A program made the position numbers and the translations under genes. DNA of 64,000 nt from Escherichia phage momo: the sequence record MN850580.1; one strand, written 5' to 3'. How positions within the stretch are numbered: the first letter of the stretch is position 1; every line of letters begins with the position of its first letter. Positions 55,469 through 64,000 of this stretch are shown in pieces. The notes beneath the pieces were generated by a model that did not search any database, was not told where the DNA came from, and saw nothing but the letters and a program-made list of their open reading frames with translations.

Positions 55469-56212
55469 TTAAACTTTAATGATGGCTCTTAGCTTGTTCT
55501 CAAGGTCTGCAAGAGTACCATTATTATGAATAATGTCACGCTCATATTTTGTAGAAATCCCATTTTCTGAAACATGTGATGAAACTTTGTCCACATTGTC
55601 TCTTTTTACTTCAATAGTTTGGTGTGCAAATCTACTCAGCCATTCAGCTTCAGAGTCAAATCTTAAATCACTGATTAATACAAAACCATATTGATTTCTA
55701 AGTGAGCACATTTCATGGAATCTAACCATTCTTTTTTCAAGGTCTTTAGACCAGAACTTGTCGCCCATTACTTTACGGACAACTTCAGTGCCCCAAACCT
55801 GTTGAATTTGTCTTGATGAGAATTTATACTTTTTGCTAAACCCCAGACGTGTCAATAGAGTCGGTTTAGCAACCTTCTTAAGCTCCATGATTAATCGTCC
55901 GGTTAACTCTGACATAAGCTTGAAGTCCATATGGTAACGTTCATCTCTGAAGGTGAACTCCATAGCTTCCGTAACTTTAAACATCAGTTCAGGATATGAT
56001 AAGTTAAATACCTGTGGAGTCTCTTTAGTTTCACCATACAGGTCATTCCAAGTCAGGTCAAATATCTTTGATGCAGACAGTTTAAGGTTGTCTGCAAAGG
56101 CCATTACAGCAACATTGTAGCCGTACTCATCCTCTAAGATGTTCTTCACAATAGAACATGAGGTGTCTTTTCCAGAACGTGCCTTTCCAGTAAATGCGAT
56201 AATATTACTCAT
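55469..56212 (-). CDS. deoxynucleoside monophosphate kinase (T4 gp1-like)
   Basis: P-loop FTGKARSGKDT at N-terminus; 247 aa. Confidence 0.65.
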   Translation of the reverse strand: MSNIIAFTGKARSGKDTSCSIVKNILEDEYGYNVAVMAFADNLKLSASKIFDLTWNDLYGETKETPQVFNLSYPELMFKVTEAMEFTFRDERYHMDFKLMSELTGRLIMELKKVAKPTLLTRLGFSKKYKFSSRQIQQVWGTEVVRKVMGDKFWSKDLEKRMVRFHEMCSLRNQYGFVLISDLRFDSEAEWLSRFAHQTIEVKRDNVDKVSSHVSENGISTKYERDIIHNNGTLADLENKLRAIIKV

Positions 56213-56273
56213 TTTATCTCCCTTAATTACTAAAAAGCCCCCAACTAAGGAGGCTTTTAAGATTTATAAAGAT

Positions 56274-57074
56274 TTAGTGCAGTTGCTCAGCAGACTCTTT
56301 TTCAGCCATAGCTGAGATTTGCTTCACAAAATCATCACCGAAGTTAATGCGTAGTTTTTCTTCAATGATTGAAGCGCCAATGTTCACCAAAACATCATTG
56401 ATTGCTTGCAGACTGACACCACCAGTCATCTCCTCAATGAACTCAATACTCATACCCATCATCTGTGAAAGTTGGATTAGTGCAACGATATTCATCATCG
56501 TAGAGATAGCTGGAATCATCAGTGCAACTTTCACCTGAAGTGGTTCTATATCAGCTACAGAGTCATTTTCAACAGCTTCTTCCAAAGACTCTTTAGTTTG
56601 CTGGATAATTTCTTGGATTCGTGGGTTTAGTTCTTCTACCCCCCAATCAAGTTTTTCATATCGTGACAGCTTCTCTTCCATTCGCTTCTCAAGAGCAGCC
56701 ATAACAGCACTTGTTGATGAAATTATCATGGAAATTAACTCATTATTACCTAATGACAGTAATAAGTCCTTTTCTTCAGAGTTAAGGGAGATATAGTCAT
56801 TTTTCTGCATCTCCTTAAAAATGAACTCTGCAAGAGCATCAACACCTACGACTATAGATGCTAAAGCAAGTGTAGTGTCTGTCAACATCATGTTAACCTG
56901 TTCTGCAAAAGCACCGTTATCAGACTTGTCTTCAGGCAAGTTATAGCTTGAAGGCATAAACTGTTCTGTGTAGTTGTTCCCACGAAGAATCATAGCCATG
57001 CTTTCTACGGCATTGATTAAAAATGCTTCGTCAATACCTTTTTCTTCAAGCATCTTTTCTACATCGATATTCAT
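56274..57074 (-). CDS. hypothetical protein
   Basis: 266-aa ORF. Confidence 0.4.
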   Translation of the reverse strand: MNIDVEKMLEEKGIDEAFLINAVESMAMILRGNNYTEQFMPSSYNLPEDKSDNGAFAEQVNMMLTDTTLALASIVVGVDALAEFIFKEMQKNDYISLNSEEKDLLLSLGNNELISMIISSTSAVMAALEKRMEEKLSRYEKLDWGVEELNPRIQEIIQQTKESLEEAVENDSVADIEPLQVKVALMIPAISTMMNIVALIQLSQMMGMSIEFIEEMTGGVSLQAINDVLVNIGASIIEEKLRINFGDDFVKQISAMAEKESAEQLH

Positions 57075-57075
57075 A

Positions 57076-57498
57076 TTATTTCTCTCTCAGTTGGTTAAGT
57101 TTCTTTCTAGAACATTTTAAGTTTTCGGATGAAGAAAAGTCAAGTGTCTTTTCAGAACGTGGATAATAGTGCCTATCCCAAGAAGTTTCAACATCGTTAA
57201 TCAGTGACGCTAGATTACACAGGTCTGTACCACTTTGCAACCTCTTTTTAAGAGAATCTAGTAAAGCAACTGTGTCTTTAGCTTTACGTCTCGCTGTAGC
57301 AACATCTTTCATATGCTCAAATACAGAGCATTTTAAGTCATCTTCATAGTTTTCAGATAACTCTATTTCATGTTGTATATCAACCATTCTCCTGTGATGG
57401 TGAGCATATTCCCGTTGAGCAGCAATGTCAAGTTCTTCCAACTTCTGCAAAGCTCTAACAAAGTCAGCTATGTCTGGGTGAACAAACATTTTCTGCAT
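57076..57498 (-). CDS. hypothetical protein
   Basis: 140-aa ORF, first gene of minus-strand replication block. Confidence 0.4.
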   Translation of the reverse strand: MQKMFVHPDIADFVRALQKLEELDIAAQREYAHHHRRMVDIQHEIELSENYEDDLKCSVFEHMKDVATARRKAKDTVALLDSLKKRLQSGTDLCNLASLINDVETSWDRHYYPRSEKTLDFSSSENLKCSRKKLNQLREK

Positions 57499-57755
57499 GT
57501 AAGCCTCTTTTAAGTAACTATTAAGTTTTAATCTTTTATCTTAACGTATTCTATACGTTATACTTTAAAGCTTTTTAAAAGCTATTAAATAATCTTTTAA
57601 GAGTTTTAAAGTATCTGTATAGTTAAACTGTTAAGTAACCTTTTAAGTAAAAACCCACTTCGCAAAGATTAACACCTTGTCAAGTACATTGTCAACTTGC
57701 TTTTTATAATTTTTTGCAGTAATGTATGAGGTTAATGATTTTAGAGGGAGTAAAA

Positions 57756-60455
57756 ATGGAAAACGTAGATTTTAAAAACTTACATTTGGTTGGTGATACA
57801 GAAACTGATGGTTTACTCCTTGAGTTCACTAAAGTTCACGTAATGGCCTTTGCAGACTATAAATCTGACGATGAAGAGCCACCTGTATGGGTCTTTACAG
57901 ATGAGCCTATCCTCGGTCACAAGTACACTAAGTACATCAAAGGTGGTTTACGTGAAGGTGTTGAATTTGCGTTAAAGGCAAAACGTCTTTGCATCCATAA
58001 CGGTCTCGGTTATGACTGGTGGGTTTTTAATCACATTGCACCTGATTTATGGAACTTTGATAATCCAAAGTGTAAACCGTGGAGTAATTTCTTTCAGGAT
58101 TCTCTTATCCAGTCCCGTGTTCAGTGGATGGATAGACCAACTCCAAAGGGCTATAAAGGTGCTCATGGTTTGGCTGCATGGGGTGCTCGTGTTGGTGTCC
58201 GTAAACCAGAGATTGAACATTGGGGTGTGTGGAATGCAGAAATCTTCACTCGTGTTGTAGAAGATATCCGTATTAATGCCAAAACTAAACGGGCACTTGA
58301 TAACGAGTATCTCAAGCTTAAGAAGTGTGGTATAGACACTTATGAAACTTACATGCGAGCTAAAGAAACATCTTTCTGGATGAGTCAACAAGCTATCAAT
58401 GGTTGGAAAGCTGATAAAGAGCTTATGGAGTTCCATGTAAAGGAGCTTGACAAGTTGACTAATGAGCTTGCTTCAGAGGTTGAACCACATCTACCTCCAA
58501 CTATTAAGACCAAAGGTAAAGTCACTGGAGAAGAGTTTGCAAAAGCTTGGAATGAGTATGTTGAAACATTTGGTCATGCAGATGGACTGAAAAGAATTAC
58601 CAAGTACCCTAAGACAAAGTATCGTCAGCAGGTGCGTAACGGTGAGATGCAAACATATGAAATCAAACCATTTGGTAAGCCAACTACAAAGATTTTTAAC
58701 ATTGAAAAGAGAAATTGCTATACACCAACCAACTCTGTAACTGGTGAAGAGTACAAAGAGGGTTTTGTAGCGATGAAGGATGCTCGTGCAATCTGCAACG
58801 AGTTGAATGCAAAGATTGGCAAAAAATGCAAAGACTGGAAACCAGTAAAAACAGTCAAGACTGTGAAGTACTATAACAGTCACGTTGTCAATCACTTTGA
58901 ACTTGAGTCAAGTCGCTACACAGGTTTGATTGATGCACCATATACACCAATTGAGTTTGAAGTTTCTCGTATGACTCAGGTAGCAGTTGTTAAAGACTAC
59001 TTGAAATCAGTTGGTTGGATTCCAGATGACTGGAATTACAAGAAAGACTCAGATGGTCGCCCTATCAAAGTTTGTCGTTTCAAAGACAATAAAAAGATGA
59101 TTACAAAGCATCCTAAGTGGCAGGAAATGGTTGAGCGGTGTGGTTTGAGTTATGTTGAACATGAAGGTGTACAGTACATTGAGCATAACTGGTCTGTGAA
59201 GAAATACACAGATTTGCTTGAACCTTGCTTAATCCGTACTTCACCAAAACTTACTGAATCATCTTATGATACGATTGAAGGTGAGCTTGGACAGAAGATT
59301 GCTAAGTACTATACTTTGATGCACCGACGCAGAACTATTGAGAACTCAAAGGATGATGAAAAAGGTTGGTTGAACCAGATTCGTCCTGATGGTCGCCTTA
59401 GTGCTGGCGCAATGGTGTTTGGTACTTCAACTGGACGTATGACACAATATGGTATTGTAAACGTACCGTCTGGTGCTGCTGTCTATGGAGCACCTATGAG
59501 GGAAGTTTGGACTTGTGAAGATGGTACAGATATCATCTCCGTAGACCAAAACTCAGCCCAGCTAGTTCTTCTTTGTAACTTTATGGGTGATGAAGACTTC
59601 ACTAAAGCGGTAACTGAGGGTAAAGAGTCAGTAGAGTTCACTAAGCAAGATGATGGTAGGTACTACTGTAAGCATCTTGACAAGTATCTTAACCCAGAAA
59701 CTGACAAGTATCTGCGTTATGATGCTGAAAATGACCTCTATGAAGTCTACACAGGGACTGATGCGCATACACTGAACAGTATTTACTTTGGTCTGAACAA
59801 GGAAGAAGATATTGTTCGTTGTAGGGAGACACAGGATGAGGAACTTCTTCACGAGATTACAAAAGGTCGTAAGAAGAGCAAAAATGGCATCTACGCCCTG
59901 TTATTTGGAGCCGGAGACGAGAAGTTTGCAAAAACTATCAAGGCATCATCTACGGAAGAAGGTGCATTGACTAAACAAACTTACTTTGTTCGTCTACCTA
60001 AGATTAAAAAGCTGCTTGATAGACTAGAGGAAGACTTCAAAGCAACTAAGAAAGCACTTGAAGAGGTTTTTGGAAAAACTTCTGCAATTGCCAAAGGTGG
60101 TTATATCAAAGTTGCTGGAGCGTGGTTATGGTGTAAATCTCCACATAAGCTATTGAATTACACACTTATGGGCAGTGAGGCGCAGGTGCAGAATGAGGGT
60201 ATTAACTTGGCAAACAGGGAACTCACAGAGCGCAAGCTTACAGTTCTAAATGGTAGGAAGCCCGCTATTGGTGCTAGGTGGGTCTGTAGTTACCACGATG
60301 AGGTCTCTTTAGAGGTTCCAACCAAAGATGTACCTGATGTTAAGGAGATTATTGATAGAATGTATGGCCAAGCATCAAAAAATCTTGGATTAAAGAGTAA
60401 GACGCTTGTTACAGGCACTGGTAAGGTAGGTAAGACATGGTACGCCGTACACTAA
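57756..60455 (+). CDS. DNA polymerase, family A, with 3'-5' exonuclease domain
   Basis: Exo I GDTETDG; motif B RKKSKNGIYALLFGAG; motif C YHDE; C-terminus KTWYAVH; start at MENVDF after GAGGGAG. Confidence 0.85.
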   Translation: MENVDFKNLHLVGDTETDGLLLEFTKVHVMAFADYKSDDEEPPVWVFTDEPILGHKYTKYIKGGLREGVEFALKAKRLCIHNGLGYDWWVFNHIAPDLWNFDNPKCKPWSNFFQDSLIQSRVQWMDRPTPKGYKGAHGLAAWGARVGVRKPEIEHWGVWNAEIFTRVVEDIRINAKTKRALDNEYLKLKKCGIDTYETYMRAKETSFWMSQQAINGWKADKELMEFHVKELDKLTNELASEVEPHLPPTIKTKGKVTGEEFAKAWNEYVETFGHADGLKRITKYPKTKYRQQVRNGEMQTYEIKPFGKPTTKIFNIEKRNCYTPTNSVTGEEYKEGFVAMKDARAICNELNAKIGKKCKDWKPVKTVKTVKYYNSHVVNHFELESSRYTGLIDAPYTPIEFEVSRMTQVAVVKDYLKSVGWIPDDWNYKKDSDGRPIKVCRFKDNKKMITKHPKWQEMVERCGLSYVEHEGVQYIEHNWSVKKYTDLLEPCLIRTSPKLTESSYDTIEGELGQKIAKYYTLMHRRRTIENSKDDEKGWLNQIRPDGRLSAGAMVFGTSTGRMTQYGIVNVPSGAAVYGAPMREVWTCEDGTDIISVDQNSAQLVLLCNFMGDEDFTKAVTEGKESVEFTKQDDGRYYCKHLDKYLNPETDKYLRYDAENDLYEVYTGTDAHTLNSIYFGLNKEEDIVRCRETQDEELLHEITKGRKKSKNGIYALLFGAGDEKFAKTIKASSTEEGALTKQTYFVRLPKIKKLLDRLEEDFKATKKALEEVFGKTSAIAKGGYIKVAGAWLWCKSPHKLLNYTLMGSEAQVQNEGINLANRELTERKLTVLNGRKPAIGARWVCSYHDEVSLEVPTKDVPDVKEIIDRMYGQASKNLGLKSKTLVTGTGKVGKTWYAVH

Positions 60456-60940
60456 CACTTCAAGACTACAAGGATAATTTTATTTACGACCCCGACAAAG
60501 GGGTCTTCTACAACAAGTATGACAGGAATAGACAAGCTAAAGCTGGGCAGATTGCAGGAGGTGCTGATGCTTACGGTTACAAAGTACTTAAATTCAAAGA
60601 TGTCGTAATAAAAATTCATCACCTCGTTTGGTGGTTCGAACATGGTTACAAACCCACTAAGATGATAGACCACATTGATGGTAACAGAAGTAATAATCAC
60701 ATTTCTAATCTTAGGGAGACTGATAAATACGGAAATGCTCAAAATAGAGTAAAGCAGACGACTAACAAATCAGGTTACAAGGGTGTGTATTACTTTAAAG
60801 ACTGCAATAAGTGGAGGGCAGCTATAACATGTAGAGGTAAAAGGACATCACTTGGTTTATTTGACACACCTGAAGAAGCCCATAAAGCTTACTGTGAAGC
60901 TGCTATTAAACTTCACGGAGAGTTTGCAAAACTAAGTTGA
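60437..60940 (+). CDS. HNH endonuclease with AP2 DNA-binding domain (putative homing endonuclease)
   Basis: HNH motif IDHIDGNRSNNHISNLR; AP2-like SGYKGVYYFKDCNKWRAAI...LGLFDTPEEAHKAY; start overlaps polymerase stop. Confidence 0.7.
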   Translation: MVRRTLTLQDYKDNFIYDPDKGVFYNKYDRNRQAKAGQIAGGADAYGYKVLKFKDVVIKIHHLVWWFEHGYKPTKMIDHIDGNRSNNHISNLRETDKYGNAQNRVKQTTNKSGYKGVYYFKDCNKWRAAITCRGKRTSLGLFDTPEEAHKAYCEAAIKLHGEFAKLS

Positions 60941-60991
60941 CAAGGTGCTCATGGAAGAGTACCTTATACTATATCTTGTATAGGAGGACTT

Positions 60992-61201
60992 ATGAGTCAC
61001 CGTGGAAGAACCCATGCAGCAATGATGAAAGGTGCTTCAAAGGAGACTATCAAAAATCGTAAGCAGAAGCTGTTTGAGAGAATGAACAGGTTAATTGACA
61101 ATTCATCTCTTTCATGTTCTGAGAAGGTTTTCTTGAAAGGTAATCTGAAAAGCATTGCACAAGAACTTATTGACATTGAGTATTGGAGACATCAAAAATG
61201 A
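60992..61201 (+). CDS. hypothetical protein
   Basis: 69-aa ORF. Confidence 0.4.
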   Translation: MSHRGRTHAAMMKGASKETIKNRKQKLFERMNRLIDNSSLSCSEKVFLKGNLKSIAQELIDIEYWRHQK

Positions 61202-61410
61202 CACTTGCAGACGTTATTCAGCAACTTCACAACAATTGCTATACTCCAGAGTTGATTCAGGAGATGTCCATTGTAGTGATGCCTAGTAAGTTCGTAAAAG
61301 CTTTTAATGGTGACTCTTTAAGGGCTGCACATATCCTTATTGTTGACGGTAAGATTGCAAGAGACCGTACAGGAGTCCTTAAGGGTGAGCGTATTAATAT
61401 TGACATCTGA
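61183..61410 (+). CDS. hypothetical protein
   Basis: 75-aa ORF. Confidence 0.4.
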   Translation: METSKMTLADVIQQLHNNCYTPELIQEMSIVVMPSKFVKAFNGDSLRAAHILIVDGKIARDRTGVLKGERINIDI

Positions 61411-61427
61411 GTATTGGAGATACCAAA

Positions 61428-61583
61428 ATGAAACGCAAAGTAAAATTATTTAATTTATATGGAAGAGTTGCTAAAGGTTTTGACTGGCAACTGTTACGTT
61501 CAAATGTTAAAAGCAATGAATTAGCACCTCTTATCATAAACTACCGACGCACATACAGAGAAGTAGAACATCGTGAACAGTAA
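61428..61583 (+). CDS. hypothetical small protein (not in ORF track)
   Basis: ATG at 61428 after GGAGATACC; 51 codons read by eye. Confidence 0.3.
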   Translation: MKRKVKLFNLYGRVAKGFDWQLLRSNVKSNELAPLIINYRRTYREVEHREQ

Positions 61584-61833
61584 TAGGATGAGTATTATGT
61601 GGAAAGCAGTAATTGCACTTGGTGTTATTTTTCTATCTGGCTGCAACCCTTCTTATGAAGATAAAAATGCTTCTTACAGTCTCCCACCAGAGATGCAAGA
61701 TTGCAGAGTATACAAGTTACATGGTGATGCTATAAGTAGGGATATTGTTGTTGTCAGATGTCCAAACTCTCAAACAACAACATCTTATAGCTACGGAAAA
61801 AATGGTCAATCACATACTACGGTTATTGAGTGA
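61573..61833 (+). CDS. putative lipoprotein
   Basis: Signal peptide with lipobox FLSGC. Confidence 0.4.
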   Translation: MNSNRMSIMWKAVIALGVIFLSGCNPSYEDKNASYSLPPEMQDCRVYKLHGDAISRDIVVVRCPNSQTTTSYSYGKNGQSHTTVIE

Positions 61834-61843
61834 GGTTTTCACG

Positions 61844-62050
61844 ATGGAAGTCCTAGTAAACTATGTCTATCGTTATGACGTTGTTCACTCCACTACAACC
61901 GTAGCTCAACGTAATCCAATCGTCCCACGAGAAGGTGAGTTGGTTCGCATTGAGGGTTGGACTTACACTGTGGAAAGCATCATTCATAAGTTTGATGTTG
62001 CTGGCGATGTTCAAGTTATCGACGTAGAGATTGGTGGTAAAAGAAAATGA
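61844..62050 (+). CDS. hypothetical protein
   Basis: Start set at MEVLVNYVYRYD after GAGTGAGG. Confidence 0.35.
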   Translation: MEVLVNYVYRYDVVHSTTTVAQRNPIVPREGELVRIEGWTYTVESIIHKFDVAGDVQVIDVEIGGKRK

Positions 62051-62265
62051 CTGTAGAAGATAAATTTAAGAACGCAGTTCTTACAGAAGATGGTGAGCTT
62101 GAAACATTCATTCTTCGTGTTGATGGTAAGTTATTCCGGTGTCGTTGTGGGTCAAACTGTTTCCATAAACCAGATAAAAATGACTTAGAGCTTTACGCAT
62201 GTAATGCTTGCAATACTTGGTATCACTCAGAGGTTAAAAATGACAATTCTGTACAAACAAAATAA
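62047..62265 (+). CDS. hypothetical zinc-finger-like protein
   Basis: CRCGSNCFHK...CNACNTWYH. Confidence 0.4.
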   Translation: MTVEDKFKNAVLTEDGELETFILRVDGKLFRCRCGSNCFHKPDKNDLELYACNACNTWYHSEVKNDNSVQTK

Positions 62266-63343
62266 AGACGGTTCCTTCAACGTCTGGTCATGCGTTGCTG
62301 TAGGTGACAAAGTTATCACAACCTATGGTAAAGAAAATGGCAAGATGATGTTTGAAGAGTATACAGCAGAACCTAAAAACATCGGTAAAAAGAATGAGCG
62401 TAACGCTGAACAGCAAGCTCTCTTTGAAGTTGCTGCTAAGTATAAAAAGCAAGTTGACCGTAAAGGCTACGCTTACACAAAAGAGTCTGCAAAGAATACT
62501 GAGAAAGTAGGTGTACAGCTTGCTCATGATGCTGCAAAGGTTAGTCATGCAAAGTATCTGAAGTTCCCTGCTGATGCTCAACCAAAACTTGATGGTGTAC
62601 GTTGTAGAATTTCAAGACACTTAAGTATTGGCAGTGTATTTACAGCATATTCTCGTGAGAATACTGTTTACAAAATCCCTACTGAACTAATACCTGACAT
62701 TATGGCAATGTTAAGGCTCCACAAAGATGTTGATGAATTTGATGGAGAGATTTATGCTCATGGGTGGGACTTAGAAGATATTGTCTCCATGATTAAAAAT
62801 GAAGACAATCCTGACAGACACTTACTTAAGTTCTACTGGTATGATATCTGTGACAGTACTAAAACGTGGCCTGAGCGTAGAGATATTATTGAGACTTCAC
62901 CATTGAATGACTTTAGAGACGGCTGTAAAGTTGTCCCTGTTAAATCTCGTCGTGTAAATTCTTGGGAAGAGTTTGATGAAGCTCATGATAAGTGGGTTGA
63001 AGCTAAGTTTGAAGGTGCAATGTACCGTTCAATCTCTGAAGACTCCTTCTATGAGTGTTGTCACCGTTCATACTTCTTGATTAAGCACAAGAAGATGCAC
63101 ACTGAAGAGTTTAAAGTGACTGGTGTCAAGACCGATAAACGTGGTCACGGTAAGTTCGTTGTAGAGACTCTTCCTAACGTCTTTGTAGATGTCTCATGGA
63201 AGACTACTCATGAGAAGAAACAGTATCTTGCTGAGCATCCTGAAGAGTTTATCGGGAAACCTTTAACGGTTCAGTTCCAGAAGATGACTCGTAAGGGTTC
63301 TTTACAGTTTCCTGTTGGGCTAGTTATTAGGGATTATGAGTAA
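62240..63343 (+). CDS. ATP-dependent DNA ligase
   Basis: Adenylation motif I PKLDGVRCR; start set at MTILYKQNKDG. Confidence 0.8.
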   Translation: MTILYKQNKDGSFNVWSCVAVGDKVITTYGKENGKMMFEEYTAEPKNIGKKNERNAEQQALFEVAAKYKKQVDRKGYAYTKESAKNTEKVGVQLAHDAAKVSHAKYLKFPADAQPKLDGVRCRISRHLSIGSVFTAYSRENTVYKIPTELIPDIMAMLRLHKDVDEFDGEIYAHGWDLEDIVSMIKNEDNPDRHLLKFYWYDICDSTKTWPERRDIIETSPLNDFRDGCKVVPVKSRRVNSWEEFDEAHDKWVEAKFEGAMYRSISEDSFYECCHRSYFLIKHKKMHTEEFKVTGVKTDKRGHGKFVVETLPNVFVDVSWKTTHEKKQYLAEHPEEFIGKPLTVQFQKMTRKGSLQFPVGLVIRDYE

Positions 63344-63346
63344 ACT

Positions 63347-63493
63347 ATGTTCAGTACAGTCATTATGTTTATACTGGTTGTCTTTGTATTGTCATATGTT
63401 GCAAGTAAGCTTTTGGACACATCTTTTGCAATGGGTGTCTTGTTTACAATCTTTTGTTTCGTGACGCATATAGCTATCAGAACTTTTTTATAA
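63347..63493 (+). CDS. hypothetical small membrane protein (not in ORF track)
   Basis: 48-codon ORF MFSTVIMFILVVFVLSYVASK... read by eye. Confidence 0.25.
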   Translation: MFSTVIMFILVVFVLSYVASKLLDTSFAMGVLFTIFCFVTHIAIRTFL

Positions 63494-63499
63494 AAGTTG

Positions 63500-63527
63500 T
63501 TGACATAGAAAATTTGGTGAGTATACT
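63500..63527 (+). promoter_or_regulatory. sigma70-like promoter
   Basis: TTGACA-16 nt-TATACT. Confidence 0.5.
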
Positions 63528-63880
63528 GAGCAGCATAAACCAACGGGTACTCACCAGCATCACTTAAGAGTCTTCTAAAAAGGGTTTTTAAGTGATGTAA
63601 TGCGTGGCTCGGTGCAGTGAAGTATGGTGGGGTAGGGTATAATATGGTGCGGTAATGTATGGGTAGTTAGTCTCAGCTACATTAAAATGAGACTTACCTT
63701 TTTAAAAGGTCTTTAAAGAGGGTCTTTTAATAAGGTCTGGTGTAGTAGGGTTGGGCATGGTACTGTCCGGTGTGGTGTGGCACGGTATGGGTGGATGGTA
63801 GTATCCACGTTAAAAATCTACCAAGTTTCTAAAGAGTCTTCTGTTGAGGGTTCTTTACAAACAACTTAACAATCAACTAA

Positions 63881-64000
<120 letters not shown>

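Noticed and set aside
57677-57710. Classical sigma70 promoter using TTGTCA and TATAAT upstream of the DNA polymerase gene
   Set aside because: Spacers between either TTGTCA copy and TATAAT are 10 or 22 nt, so a standard -35/-10 promoter is not supported; the conserved motif is reported as a finding instead
63334-63543. Minus-strand 69-aa ORF after the ligase gene
   Set aside because: A same-strand 48-codon hydrophobic ORF and a plus-strand promoter occupy the region; the minus ORF is isolated in a plus-strand block

Overview
This window reads as a 64-kb segment of a virulent tailed dsDNA phage genome (AT-rich, densely packed, strong GGAG-type ribosome-binding sites). All calls come from manual reading of the sequence and ORF track; no searches or folding programs were run. 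Layout: (1) 1-4700, minus strand: packaging/head module (large terminase with Walker A, putative portal, partial S49/ClpP-like prohead protease). (2) 4900-9820, minus strand: array of about 27 tRNA genes, most with encoded CCA, driven by a near-consensus sigma70-like promoter at ~9935-9963 and closed by a terminator at ~4713-4736. (3) 9982-11850, minus strand: a vWA-domain protein and a small basic protein. (4) 12100-19058, plus strand: small genes including a GH24 lysozyme and tandem paralogs, one fused to two Ig-like domains. (5) 19060-20700: 1.6 kb non-coding region packed with short repeats. (6) 20700-26900, minus strand: about 15 small genes, each preceded by a conserved ~85-nt stem-loop plus leader cassette. 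(7) 27360-57500, minus strand: nucleotide-metabolism and replication genes (rIIA/rIIB, NAMPT-like plus PRPP-synthetase-like pair, nrdA/nrdB/glutaredoxin, nrdD split by a probable group I intron, nrdG, 5'-3' exonuclease, SSB-like protein, T7 gp4-like primase-helicase, dNMP kinase, overlapping spanin pair). (8) 57756-63343, plus strand: family A DNA polymerase, overlapping HNH-AP2 endonuclease, ATP-dependent DNA ligase. The most notable candidates are the NAD+ reconstitution-like gene pair, the intron in nrdD, the repeated early-gene cassettes, and atypical tRNAs next to a vWA protein.
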